NCBI GenBank assembly: GCA_050250895.1
Contig: JBFWNU010000001.1
Span: 3,315,557 to 3,379,556 of the forward strand
Origin: Vulcanimicrobiota bacterium
GTDB lineage: Bacteria > Vulcanimicrobiota > Xenobia > Xenobiales > JADMJV01
Direction of reading: 5' to 3'
DNA length: 64,000 bases
A program made the position numbers and the translations under genes. The notes under the pieces are model-generated. The model was given only the letters and a program-made list of their open reading frames with translations. It searched no databases and was not told where the DNA came from. Positions 1 through 9,817 of this stretch are shown one piece after another (position 1 is the first letter of the stretch; each line of letters starts with the position of its first letter).

Positions 1-3000
1 AGCGGTCCAGGTGGGCCCCCTGCATCTCGCTGCGGAAGTCGCTCTCGACACTTCTGCCGCGATACTTCTGGTATTCGCTCTTGACCCTGCCCAGGTCGCC
101 CTCGTTCTGCTGGCGTCGCAGGATCGAAGCGATCTTGTCCTCGTCGGTGCCGGCAATGTTCCAGCCCGTCTTCTGGGCTTCATACAGCCCGATGGCGTCG
201 CCCCGGGCGTGGTTGCCATCCCAATAAGACTTGGCTCGAGCATAAGAGACCCCGCCCAGTTCGGCGCCACTGCTGACCCAGGCTCGCGGGTCGCCAAAGA
301 GATCGTGCTCGAGGCGGCTCTTGTAGGTCTGCTCGTAGTAGCCTCGGAGGGCGTCGCGTTCTTCCTGGCTGCGCCCGGCCAGCACGCCCATGATGGCTTC
401 TTCATCGGTGCCGGCACTGATGCCGCCTTTCATGGCCTCGCGCAGCTTCTCGGCCGACGAGATCGGGTCAAACGGCTGGTCGCTGGCCGGGGGGTTGACC
501 TTTTCGCCATAGGGGCCCGTGACGGGATAGTCTTGCATCCGCCCGTTGGGATGGCGCAGTTGGCGACTGACGTTCTCGCCCTCGAGCTTGTCCACCACCC
601 AGGTGTCGGAGTAGCGCTCCTGGCCCCGCTCCGGACCGTTGCTGATGGGAGGATGAGGAATGCGGCGCTCGACGGTGGTCTGGCCGTCGACTACGCTATC
701 CTTGCGAATCAGCTCTTCTTTGGTCTTGTAGCCCAATTCCACCGGGAAATGCTCGCCGTCGGCTTTGCCCACATAGTGCCCGGAGACGCCATAAGGCTTG
801 CGCAGATTGGCGTAGGTCTCGCGGCTGCGGTCGCCGCTGGCAAGGTCCCGGGTCTCGACCTGGCGATGGTTCGACTTGACGTCGGCCGGCCGATCGACCT
901 GGGAGATGCCGGTGCCCCGGTTGGTCTTGAAGGTTACCTGAGGCGAGGTGAAGCGAAGACCATCGCTGGCTTCCAGGCCCAGCTGGCCCTGGAAGGACGT
1001 GCCGAAGCTCGAATTCCATTGGTAGCCGCCGCCGGCGGCCCGCTCTCCTCTTTCGAAATGCTCGCCGTTGCCGTCGAGATACTGGCTGATCTCGCCCTTT
1101 TCGTCGCGCACGAAGGCGTGGGTGCCGCCCTCGGGGGGGCGCACCGCCATCAGCTGGCCCTGGTTATTGTAAAGTTGGGCCACACCCCGAGGGTCCTCGC
1201 CGGCTTTCTTGATGTGCGAAAGGCGCCGGCCGTCAGTGAACATCGTCTGGGAGATCTCGCCGGATTTGCTTTTGAACTCGGTGCGCACGGTGCCGTCGGA
1301 CAGAGCCTGGACATCGTTGGCCTTGACGTTCTTCCACTCGCCATCGGGTGTAAGTCGCTGCTGGGTGGTCCAGCCTTCGGCTCCTCGCTGGGCCCGAAAT
1401 CGCGCCGAAGAGACCGAGTTCAAGCCCTGGTCGTCGTAGCCGTAGGTGCTCTTCTCGCCGCGAGCGTTGATCTGCTCGGTGATTCGGTTCTGGGCGTCAT
1501 GGCTCTGAATCTGGCCATCGCGAGTCCAGGTCTGGCTGCCGTTGGCGCCGGTCCAGATGACGCTATCGTTTTCGCCCATGGTGATGCGTCCGGATTCGCC
1601 CACCGGCTTGCCGTCGGCACCCAGGCGCCGCCAGCTGCCGTCGTCTTGACGGGCGTAGTTAAGGGTCTGGTCGCGGTCGGTCAGGCTGACGGCGTTGAGT
1701 TGGCCCGCTTCGTCGTAGCCCATGGCCCGGGTCGAGCCGAAGGTCTGTCCCTCTTCGCTGGGATTGGCCGCCAGGGTCAACCGGGCCCGGCCTTCTTTAT
1801 CGCGGTGAACCTGGGTGCCGTCGCTATAGGCGTCGACGGTGGTGCGGTCGATGACCTTGCCGTTTTCGTCCTGCAGGGTATGACTGCCGTCGACCCCATA
1901 GGTCTCGGTCGCCCCCGAAGCCTGGACCAGGGTAACCTTGCCCTCGCTGTTGGCCCGCACGTCGCCGTTCCAGGTCTCGGTCTGGTCGCCGACCTTGCGC
2001 TCCCAGGTGGTGGCTCCGGTGCGGGTCAGTTCATAGCCGTTGCCCTCGAGGTGGTCGACCTGGCCGTTGTCGCCGCGGTCGACCACAAAACCCGCTCCGC
2101 TGGCGTGCTGGATGTATTGGCGGCCGTCGCGCATCTGGCTGACGGTGGTCGCCTCGGTGGGAATCTCGCGGGCATCGTCGAGCAGGTCCCGGGCGGCGCC
2201 CTGGTTAGACTGCTGGGCGGCGTTGGGATTGTCTTTGATGGCTTGGGAGCGGGCCATCAGCTGCATGGCCCGGCCGCGCATCTCGGGGGTCATCTCGTTG
2301 AGTTGGGCCTGGGTGGCCTGGCGGGTCTTTTCATCCATGCCCTGCCACATCTTGTTGAGGTCGCTGCGCTGCTCGGGCTGCAGTTGGCCTCCTTCGCCGG
2401 CCAGGACCGGGAAGACCTGATTTTGCTGGACGTAGTCGGAGAGTTCCTGGGGCATGCTGCCCGGGTCGCGACTCTGTAGCTGGCCCACCAGGGCGTTGTA
2501 GCGGTCGGGATTGTCGTTGCGCATCTGCTCGAGACGCTCGGTCATCGAGCCACCGTTGGCCGACAAGGCCGAATTGGCGTAGTCAAAACCAGCTTTGTTG
2601 GCCTCGGCCAGCCCCTCCATATTGCCACTGTTGAAGGCCGCCTCGACACCGCTGGAATTCTGGGCTCGCTCAGGTCCAAAGCGGGCCACCTCGTCGGCCA
2701 TTTTGTTATACTTTTCGGCTAGCTGAGGTTTGTCGGCCTGATCGGCCATAGCCCGCAATCGGCTGTAGCTATCGCGCGCCTCTTCGCCCGTCTTGGAGTA
2801 GCTTCGCACCGAGTTGGTGGCCCAGTAGGTGGCCGGATTGGTCTTGCCGGTCTCGAGTGTCTTGAGGGCCTCGTCACGCAGAACGCCTCTCAGGTGGTCG
2901 TTCCCGAGCACCTGCGGGTTGAGATAATCCTTGAACAATAGCGACTTGGCGCCCATGTCGTCGCCGCGGGCGATGGTCTCGACCAGTTTCTGACCGGTCT

Positions 3001-6000
3001 CGGAGTCGAGATTCTTGAGCGCGGCCTCGGCCAGGGCCTGGCGGGCATCGGGCGAGAGCTTGTCGTAACGCTCGGCCGCCTGGGCCAGGCCTCCCTCGGT
3101 GCGGGCCAGACTGCGCATGGCCTGCCCGGCCAGTTCGCCTTTGCCTTCGGTCAGCGGCCAGAGGGCCTCGGGAGTGCCCTGCGCCAGGGCGTCGAGCCGC
3201 TCGGTAGTGGGTGTCACCGAGTTGTTGGCCAGGGCCTGGGACATGGCGCTCCCCACGGCCTGATTGCCATCCAGCACGGCGCCCATGGCGGCCTGGCTCT
3301 GGAAGGCATGCGAGAGCACGTTGCGGTCGCGGTCCGAGGCGTCTTTCCAAGCATCGGCGGCGGCCACGGCGGCTTTTTCACCGCCTTCTTTCATGGCCCA
3401 ACCGGCCCGCACCGGCAGGTTGGAAGCAGTGGCCAGGGCCGACCAGCTCTCTTTGCTGTCGAGGGCTACCAGGCGGTCGACGGCTTCTCGCTGGTCCAGG
3501 ATACTCTTCGATCCTACCCCGTTCTGTAGTCGGGCCAGCGCGATTTTCTGATCCTCTGGTGTGGCCGAGCCCATGGCCTTGAGGAATTGTTGCCGGTCGG
3601 CTTCGGATTGTCCCTGGAAAGACTGCACCAGCTCGTTGCGGTTGCGAGCCCGATCCCCCAGCGGGTCATGGGCCCGTGACGCCAGCAATTGGCTGCTCTC
3701 TTTGAGCCCGGTGGTGTCGCCTCCGGCCAGCATTCGACCCATCTCCTTCGAGACGCCGTCATAGAGCTGCTTGCGTTCGCGAGCAGTGGTCTGACGGTCG
3801 GCCAGCGTGTCTTGGACCTCTTGTTGGGCCCGGCCACGGTCACGGTCGCCGCTGCTTCGGTCATAGATCTTCCTTAACTGCTCGTCGTTGGCCTCGAGGC
3901 GACTGCGGATCGCTTCGCTCTCTTGCTTGACCTTGACGCCCATGCCGCCGAGCTGCTCGGGCGTGCGGGCGTCGAGTTCTCGCTCGAGCGCCTCGACCCC
4001 ATAGGGAGACTCGGTCGCTTTCTCACCCCGCAGATAACTGGTGAGTTCCTTCTGCATCTCGAGGCCGCGGCCCGACATCCGGTTGCCGCTATCGCCCGCC
4101 TCGGCTCTGAGCGCGTCGAGCTGGCCCCGGGCCCAGGTTTGAGCCTTGGAACGGCCGTCCAGCTCCTTGACCGCCTCCGAGGCACCCTCGGCCTGAGCGG
4201 CTTTCTCGACGGCCTGGCTGGTCTGTCTGGCGGCCCCCTCGTAGCGGAACTTGCCGTCGCCGGGGTGCATGACATCGTCGAGTTTTTGGCGGGCCGCGGC
4301 GGCTTTCTCGGCATCGTCGCCGCTCAACTCCTGGATGCGCCGGTCGTTCCAGCGGCCGAGCGATTCCTTGGCGTCCTTGACCTGAGGCATTTTACCGCCG
4401 AGAATGCGCTCGGTGCGAACGTCATCGAGCCCTTCCGAAGCGGTGTGATTGCGCCCGAGGTACTTCTGCGAGCGTTGGGCGAACTGGGCCCCGTGCTTGC
4501 CGTCGAGGGCGTCCTGGAAGTACTGGCTGGTCCTGGCGTCGCCCATGCGGTCGGGCAGGCTGTTGAGCCAGTCTTGCTGTTTGAGAGCGCCGTCGAGCTG
4601 GCCCGAGAGCTGACCCAGGGCCCGGCTTCGCTGGTCGGGGGGCAGGTTGTTGAAGGCCTCGACCAGGGTGCGAGTCCGGGTCATGTCGTTGCTATCGCCC
4701 GTCCACTCTTGACCCAGGTCTTTCTTGACCGTCGACTCGAGCCCGCTCCAACCACTCTTGGCCTGAATGGCCAGCTCTTTGGCCCACATCTGGTCGGCCT
4801 TTTTGGCCAGTTCACCATAGACCTCAGGATTGTTGCGGGCCGCCTCTTGAATCTGGTTGCGAACCGACTCGCGGCTGCTGTAGCCGATGTCGTGCTTGGA
4901 TGGGTCGAGAAAGTCGACCATCGATTGTTCGATCTGCTGACGCTGCTCGGGAGTGTATTTGCTGCTGGGGTCGAGCGCCTCGAGGCGGGTCCTGCCGAAT
5001 TCTTTTAGATCGTGATCCAGGTTGCGATTTTCGACTTCTCGCTGCTGGCCATCGACGGTGGCCAGACCACGGTCGTCTTGCTGGCGCAGCTCTTGCAGCC
5101 GCTCCTGACCCAGCGGCGCTTTCTGGGCCAGCCCCTCCTGGAGAATCTGACCCTCGTCGCCCTGGCTGTCGGCGCCCCCCGTGACCCGGTCGAGGTGATG
5201 GCCCGCTTCTTCGGTGAACGCCTCGCGCATGGCCTGGGGGTCGTTCTGCAGGGCCTGCGACATGAGCACCGTGCCGCCGTTGTCGGGCAGATAGGCGGCC
5301 TGGGCGTTACCCAGCTGGTCCTGGGCCACGAACTGCAGATTCTGCGGCAGGTCGACCTTGCCTTGCCTGGCCGCCTCGACCATCGCATCGAGCTTGGCCG
5401 GGTCTTTGTCGGGGAAGCTCTGGCCAAGAATCTCGCGCAGTTGCTGAGGGTTCTCGGTGGCCATCTCCTGGAAGCGCTTTTGCAGGTCCTCCTTGAGCGC
5501 CTCGGCTTCGGGCGCCGGTTTGGCCTCTGGCGCGGGCTTAGCTTCGGGGGCGGGCTTGGCTTCGGGGGCGGGCTTGGCTTCCGGGGCGGGTTTGGCTTCT
5601 GGCGCTGGCTTAGTCTCGGGGGCGGGCTTGGCCTCTGGCGCGGGCTTAGCTTCGGCGGCGGGTTTGGCTTCTGGAGCGGGTTTGGCTTCTGGCGCTGGCT
5701 TAGTCTCGGGGGCGGGCTTGGCTTCCGGAGCCGGTTTGGCCTCGGGGGCTGGCTTGGCTTCCGGAGCGGGTTTGGCCTCGGCGGCGGGTTTGGCGGCTGG
5801 CGCAGGCTTGGCCTCGGCGGCGGGTTTGGCGGCCGGCGCGGGTTTGGCCTCGGCGGCGGGTTTGGCGGCCGGGGCGGGTTTGGCCTCGGCGGCGGGTTTG
5901 GCGGCCGGCGCGGGTTTGGCCTCGGCGGCGGGTTTGGCGGCCGGGGCGGGTTTGGCCTCGGCGGCGGGTTTGGCGGCCGGGGCGGGTTTGGCCTCGGCAG

Positions 6001-6736
6001 CGGGTTTGGCCTCCGCGGCGGGTTTGGCGGCCGGAGCGGGTTTGGCCTCGGGCTTGCTCGGACTGCCAGGCTTGGTCTTTTCGCTCTTGGCCTTTTCTCG
6101 GCCAGATTTGCTGCCGGGTTTGGCTTCCTCGGTGGGTTTGCTCTCCTTCGCTTTTACGCCCTTGTCAGGCTTGACTTCTTTCGCCTGGGGATCCGAGGGG
6201 TCGGTCTCGGCTTGTTCGCGAGCCCTACGCAGTTTCTCGGCCGCCTCGCGGCTGACCTGACGAACCTTCTTCTTGGCCACTTCGGCGGCTTGATCGGCCT
6301 GCTCGAGGGCCTTGCGGCGAATCTGCTCGGCCTGCTCGGGAGAGGCTAGAGCGGCGGTCTCGCCGGAGGCGATGACCTGTTGGCGCGCCTGTTGGCCGGC
6401 GTCGTCGGCTCGAGCTTCGGCCTGCCCGGGAGCAGCGGGAGCGCCTGTGGTGGCGCGCTGTTGTTCGGCTTTGATGGCGTCGACCATGGTGGTGGCCACG
6501 GTCTCTGCGCGTTTTGAGGGCTTCTCGGCCGGAGCTGGTCCGGACGCTTTCTTGGCTTCAGGCTTGGCACCGTTCGGGCCGCCTCTGGTTTCTCCGCCTG
6601 CCCTGGCTTTGCTGGCCGACTTCGCCTTGTTCGAAGGCTTGGCAAAGCTGGTCTTGCTGGTCTTCTTGGTAGGGCTCTTGCGGGCCGGCTTGCGAACCGG
6701 AGGCTTCCTACTATTGTTGTTGATCTTCTTGGCCAT
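1..6736 (-). CDS. Giant multidomain protein (>2245 aa, 3' end beyond window): K/A/P-rich N-terminus, helical middle, YD-like beta repeats, annexin repeats
   Basis: ATG at 6736 (MAKKINNNSRKPPVRK). The plus-strand ORFs 11..2479, 3923..5008 and 5012..6349 are all codon-aligned antisense shadows of this one frame. The track lists no closed ORF in this frame, consistent with it running off the window. Manual translation gives AEKLREAMKGGISAGTDEEAIMGVLAGRSQEERDALRGYYEQTY and DAIGLYEAQKTGWNIAGTDEDKIASIL. Confidence 0.9.
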   Translation of the reverse strand, partial: MAKKINNNSRKPPVRKPARKSPTKKTSKTSFAKPSNKAKSASKARAGGETRGGPNGAKPEAKKASGPAPAEKPSKRAETVATTMVDAIKAEQQRATTGAPAAPGQAEARADDAGQQARQQVIASGETAALASPEQAEQIRRKALEQADQAAEVAKKKVRQVSREAAEKLRRAREQAETDPSDPQAKEVKPDKGVKAKESKPTEEAKPGSKSGREKAKSEKTKPGSPSKPEAKPAPAAKPAAEAKPAAEAKPAPAAKPAAEAKPAPAAKPAAEAKPAPAAKPAAEAKPAPAAKPAAEAKPAPAAKPAAEAKPAPAAKPAAEAKPAPEAKPAPEAKPAPEAKPAPETKPAPEAKPAPEAKPAAEAKPAPEAKPAPETKPAPEAKPAPEAKPAPEAKPAPEAKPAPEAKPAPEAEALKEDLQKRFQEMATENPQQLREILGQSFPDKDPAKLDAMVEAARQGKVDLPQNLQFVAQDQLGNAQAAYLPDNGGTVLMSQALQNDPQAMREAFTEEAGHHLDRVTGGADSQGDEGQILQEGLAQKAPLGQERLQELRQQDDRGLATVDGQQREVENRNLDHDLKEFGRTRLEALDPSSKYTPEQRQQIEQSMVDFLDPSKHDIGYSSRESVRNQIQEAARNNPEVYGELAKKADQMWAKELAIQAKSGWSGLESTVKKDLGQEWTGDSNDMTRTRTLVEAFNNLPPDQRSRALGQLSGQLDGALKQQDWLNSLPDRMGDARTSQYFQDALDGKHGAQFAQRSQKYLGRNHTASEGLDDVRTERILGGKMPQVKDAKESLGRWNDRRIQELSGDDAEKAAAARQKLDDVMHPGDGKFRYEGAARQTSQAVEKAAQAEGASEAVKELDGRSKAQTWARGQLDALRAEAGDSGNRMSGRGLEMQKELTSYLRGEKATESPYGVEALERELDARTPEQLGGMGVKVKQESEAIRSRLEANDEQLRKIYDRSSGDRDRGRAQQEVQDTLADRQTTARERKQLYDGVSKEMGRMLAGGDTTGLKESSQLLASRAHDPLGDRARNRNELVQSFQGQSEADRQQFLKAMGSATPEDQKIALARLQNGVGSKSILDQREAVDRLVALDSKESWSALATASNLPVRAGWAMKEGGEKAAVAAADAWKDASDRDRNVLSHAFQSQAAMGAVLDGNQAVGSAMSQALANNSVTPTTERLDALAQGTPEALWPLTEGKGELAGQAMRSLARTEGGLAQAAERYDKLSPDARQALAEAALKNLDSETGQKLVETIARGDDMGAKSLLFKDYLNPQVLGNDHLRGVLRDEALKTLETGKTNPATYWATNSVRSYSKTGEEARDSYSRLRAMADQADKPQLAEKYNKMADEVARFGPERAQNSSGVEAAFNSGNMEGLAEANKAGFDYANSALSANGGSMTERLEQMRNDNPDRYNALVGQLQSRDPGSMPQELSDYVQQNQVFPVLAGEGGQLQPEQRSDLNKMWQGMDEKTRQATQAQLNEMTPEMRGRAMQLMARSQAIKDNPNAAQQSNQGAARDLLDDAREIPTEATTVSQMRDGRQYIQHASGAGFVVDRGDNGQVDHLEGNGYELTRTGATTWERKVGDQTETWNGDVRANSEGKVTLVQASGATETYGVDGSHTLQDENGKVIDRTTVDAYSDGTQVHRDKEGRARLTLAANPSEEGQTFGSTRAMGYDEAGQLNAVSLTDRDQTLNYARQDDGSWRRLGADGKPVGESGRITMGENDSVIWTGANGSQTWTRDGQIQSHDAQNRITEQINARGEKSTYGYDDQGLNSVSSARFRAQRGAEGWTTQQRLTPDGEWKNVKANDVQALSDGTVRTEFKSKSGEISQTMFTDGRRLSHIKKAGEDPRGVAQLYNNQGQLMAVRPPEGGTHAFVRDEKGEISQYLDGNGEHFERGERAAGGGYQWNSSFGTSFQGQLGLEASDGLRFTSPQVTFKTNRGTGISQVDRPADVKSNHRQVETRDLASGDRSRETYANLRKPYGVSGHYVGKADGEHFPVELGYKTKEELIRKDSVVDGQTTVERRIPHPPISNGPERGQERYSDTWVVDKLEGENVSRQLRHPNGRMQDYPVTGPYGEKVNPPASDQPFDPISSAEKLREAMKGGISAGTDEEAIMGVLAGRSQEERDALRGYYEQTYKSRLEHDLFGDPRAWVSSGAELGGVSYARAKSYWDGNHARGDAIGLYEAQKTGWNIAGTDEDKIASILRRQQNEGDLGRVKSEYQKYRGRSVESDFRSEMQGAHLDR
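5500..6052 (-). repeat. Coding tandem repeat EAKPAP / EAKPAAKPAP (18- and 30-bp units)
   Basis: Repeated GGCGGGTTTGGCCTC / GGGCTTGGCTTC units, in frame within the giant ORF. Confidence 0.9.
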
Positions 6737-6833
6737 GGTGGATCTGGGCTATGGTATCACTTCCAGGTTCACTGTGAGAAACACTTCCGTAACAAAAAGG
6801 TGAACGATGTAAGTATTTGTTCACACGGTTAAC

Positions 6834-8072
6834 ATGTCGGAAATGTCCGGCTTTCAGGAGTTTTTCCGGAGGTTGCCCTACTCTGGAAGAATGAGGATCG
6901 GTCCACATACGGCCATCTTTCGCGCCTCTCAGACTTCGGCGCGGGCAGTCACGCCGGAGCGGCTGCAGGTGGTTGGGCACGCTCTTGGCGAGCCCCGGCC
7001 GGCGGGGAGGGTGTGGCTCGAGTTGGGGTTGTCGGTGGCTGAAGGCAGGCTGGTCAGCCAGGCCGATCAAGGGCTGATGGGCCGCGGGCTGATGCTCGAA
7101 CCGCGCTGGTTGGCGGCTGCCTACCAGGGGCTGAGCCAGCGCACTGAAGCTGCTCCCGAGCTTTTCACCCGCCTGGTCTCGGCCTCGCGCACCCGCTTGG
7201 AACTGGCCACGCGCCAGCGACGGCTCGAGTTCCTGATCGACCAGGCCAAAGCCGAGGGCCGGCCCATCCGGCGCGCCGACGATGGAGTCGAGAAGGCCAA
7301 CCGAGTTCGCTTTGCCGACGGAATCGAGCATGCTCTCGGGGCCGAGGCGAGTCTGCCCGACAGCAAGCGCGAACGCCTGATGACGAGCTTACAGAAGGTC
7401 ACCCCCGACGCGGTCACCGCCCTCGAGATGAGCGAGCTGCTCGATCTCGATTCCGGGCGCCGAGGCCAGACCGAGGTTGCCCTGGCCCTGGGCCAGAGCC
7501 TGCAGCAGGGCGAGTTGCCCTTTCACTACGCCAATTTGATGAGCCAGGCAGGCCCCGACCTCGGCCACGACCTGAAGCGCTATCAGTTGACACTCCAGAA
7601 GGTCGTGGCCAAAGGCTATCCCGAGCAGGCTGCCGCTAAGGTCTATCGTCTGACCTCGGGGGTCAGCGAGACGCCTGAAGGCTCACCCTGGACCGAGCTG
7701 CCGGTGCTTGACTCGACCCCGGCCGGACGGACCAGCCTGTGGCAGAACTTCGACCCGACCAGCTATCGCCAGATTCTCGGCGGGCTGCGCCCCGGCGAGT
7801 CGGTGCTCGAGGCCGTCCGACGCTATCAGGATGTGCAGGCCACTCTGGCTGAAGGCGGCCACGCCTCGACCCTGGCCGGTCCTGTAGTGCTGGCCCTGGA
7901 GGACATGGTGCGCCGCGGATGCCGCTCGGACGAGATCTATCAGGACTTCCGCCAGGTGCTGCTGGTCAGCCCCACCGTCGAGGCCGCCATCGAGAACCTG
8001 CGCGGGCGGCGGGGCATCCTCTACGACGAAGAAGCTATCCAGATCGGCGACCAACGGGTGGTCCTCGGCTAG
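6834..8072 (+). CDS. Hypothetical helical protein (alternative start 6891)
   Basis: 412-aa ORF with high-GC codon bias, divergent from the giant gene. C-terminus ILYDEEAIQIGDQRV resembles that of 11194..13626. Confidence 0.75.
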   Translation: MSEMSGFQEFFRRLPYSGRMRIGPHTAIFRASQTSARAVTPERLQVVGHALGEPRPAGRVWLELGLSVAEGRLVSQADQGLMGRGLMLEPRWLAAAYQGLSQRTEAAPELFTRLVSASRTRLELATRQRRLEFLIDQAKAEGRPIRRADDGVEKANRVRFADGIEHALGAEASLPDSKRERLMTSLQKVTPDAVTALEMSELLDLDSGRRGQTEVALALGQSLQQGELPFHYANLMSQAGPDLGHDLKRYQLTLQKVVAKGYPEQAAAKVYRLTSGVSETPEGSPWTELPVLDSTPAGRTSLWQNFDPTSYRQILGGLRPGESVLEAVRRYQDVQATLAEGGHASTLAGPVVLALEDMVRRGCRSDEIYQDFRQVLLVSPTVEAAIENLRGRRGILYDEEAIQIGDQRVVLG

Positions 8073-8117
8073 CGTTCCTGGCGGAGGAGCCCGCTGGCAA
8101 GGCGGGAAGGATGGCCT

Positions 8118-8765
8118 ATGAGCCAGGATTTGACTATCTACACCCTGGATTGGGTGCCCGAAGGGCCGCGCGGGTTTGTGCGCGACCTGCGTCTACGCTG
8201 GGCCGCCGAGGAGGCGGGTCTGGCCTACCAGGTCGGCACCGTGGCCTTCGAGGACCGCCTGACCAATCATCTCGAAAGCCAGCCGTTCGGACAGGTGCCC
8301 TTCCTGGTCGATGGTGATCTCAAGCTCTTTGAAAGCGGAGCCTGCCTGCTTCATCTGGCCCGCAAGAGCGAGATTCTCATTCCACGAGATGCAGCCGGCG
8401 AGGCAACCACCGTCCAATGGGTGATCGCCGCGCTCAATTCCATCGAGATGGTGTCGGTGCCGTGGTGGTTCTTGAGGTTCTCCGGCCGAGAAGAGAACGA
8501 ACTGACTGACTGGCTGGGAATGCGATTGGCCCAGCTCGAGGCGGTGCTGAGCGAACGGGAATGGCTGGTGGCTGACCGCTTTACCGTGGCGGATCTGTTG
8601 ATGGCCGACGTGCTGCGAGTTCCTGATGTGCGCGCTTACGGCGATCGTCCCGCCTCCGAGGCCTACGTCCAGCGACTCACCTCCCGGCCCGCCTTCCGCC
8701 AGGCCCACGCCGACCAGCTGGCCCATTTCGCCGCGGCGGACAAAGTGCGTTCCGGCGTGGCCTAG
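8118..8765 (+). CDS. Glutathione S-transferase family protein
   Basis: QPFGQVPFLVDGDLKLFESGACLLHLA (GST N-domain) and WLVADRFTVADL (C-domain). Confidence 0.93.
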   Translation: MSQDLTIYTLDWVPEGPRGFVRDLRLRWAAEEAGLAYQVGTVAFEDRLTNHLESQPFGQVPFLVDGDLKLFESGACLLHLARKSEILIPRDAAGEATTVQWVIAALNSIEMVSVPWWFLRFSGREENELTDWLGMRLAQLEAVLSEREWLVADRFTVADLLMADVLRVPDVRAYGDRPASEAYVQRLTSRPAFRQAHADQLAHFAAADKVRSGVA

Positions 8766-8769
8766 CTCG

Positions 8770-8789
8770 GTACTTCCAGCTGGAAGTAC
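8770..8789. promoter_or_regulatory. Perfect 20-bp palindrome GTACTTCCAGCTGGAAGTAC leading repeat array 1
   Basis: Read directly. The same 14-bp core occurs at 24839 and 25993. Function is inferred. Confidence 0.6.
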
Positions 8790-8793
8790 TCGC

Positions 8794-9807
8794 TGGCCCC
8801 ACCCGGAGTGGGCGAAATCCCCCTGCCGGGGTGGGGCCAGCCCCCGGCCACCTGACCCGGCAATCGCCAGGGCGGGCCAACTTGGCCCCACCCGGAGTGG
8901 GCGAAATCCCCCTGCCGGAGTGGGGCCAGCCCCCGGCCACGGTGCCTGAGCCGGCAACCCCGGGCCATCCTGGCCCCACCCGGTGGGCGAAATCCCCCTG
9001 CCGGGGTGGGGCCAGCCCCCGGCCACGGTGCCTGAGCCGGCTACCCTGGCCAACTTGGCCCCACCCGGAGTGGGCGAAATCCCCCTGCCGGGGTGGGGCC
9101 AGCGCTCGGCCACCTGACCCGGGGCCTGGCTACCCTGGCCATCTTGGCCCCACCCGGAGTGGGCGAAATCCCCCTGCCGGGGTGGGGCCAGCGCCCGGCC
9201 ACGGTGCCTGACCCGGCTACCCGAGCCATCCTGGCCCCACCCGGAGAGGGCGAAATCCCCCTGCCGGGGTGGGGCCAGCGCTCGGCCACCTGACCCGGGG
9301 CCCGGCTACCCTGGCCAACTTGGCCCCACCCGGAGTGGGCGAAATCCCCCTGCCGGGGTGGGGCCAGCCCCCGGCCACGGTGCCTGACCCGGCTACCCGA
9401 GCCATCCTGGCCCCACCCGGAGAGGGCGAAATCCCCCTGCCGGGGTGGGGCCAGCGCTCGGCCACCTGACCCGGGGCCTGGCTACCCTGGCCATCTTGGC
9501 CCCACCCGGGGTGGGCGAAATCCCCTTGCCGGGGTGGGGCCAGCCCCCGGCCACAGTGCCTGAGCCGGCAACCCCGGGCCATCCTGGCCCCACCCGGAGT
9601 GGGCGAAATCCCCCTGCCGGGGTGGGGCCAGCCCCCGGCCACAGTGCCTGAGCCGGCAACCCCGGGCCATCCTGGCCCCACCCGGAGTGGGCGAAATCCC
9701 CCTGCCGGGGTGGGGCCAGCCCCCGGCCACAGTGCCTGAGCCGGCAACCCCGGGCCATCCTGGCCCCACCCGGAGTGGGCGAAATCCCCCTGCCGGGGTG
9801 GGGCCAG
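8794..9807. repeat. Palindromic tandem array 1 (REP/BIME-like): 12 copies of a ~47-bp hairpin, period ~88 bp
   Basis: TGGCCCCACCCGGAGTGGGCGAAATCCCCCTGCCGGGGTGGGGCCAG starts at 8794, 8883, 8971, 9056, 9145, 9232, 9321, 9408, 9497, 9585, 9673 and 9761. The ~41-bp linkers fall into two recurring types. Lies between convergent genes. Confidence 0.95.
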
Positions 9808-9817
9808 CGCCAGGCGA

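Noticed and set aside
11-6349. Long plus-strand ORFs (822, 361 and 445 aa, and the Gly/Ala-rich 267 aa)
   Set aside because: They are antisense shadows of the giant minus-strand gene, which carries the recognisable domains.
8626-9769. Many short ORFs across array 1 (likewise 25783-27207 across array 2)
   Set aside because: They are by-products of stop-poor GC-rich repeats; unit lengths are mostly not multiples of 3 and there is no RBS or codon signal.
8794-9807. CRISPR array
   Set aside because: The linkers are recurring near-copies of two types rather than unique spacers, and there are no cas genes in the window.
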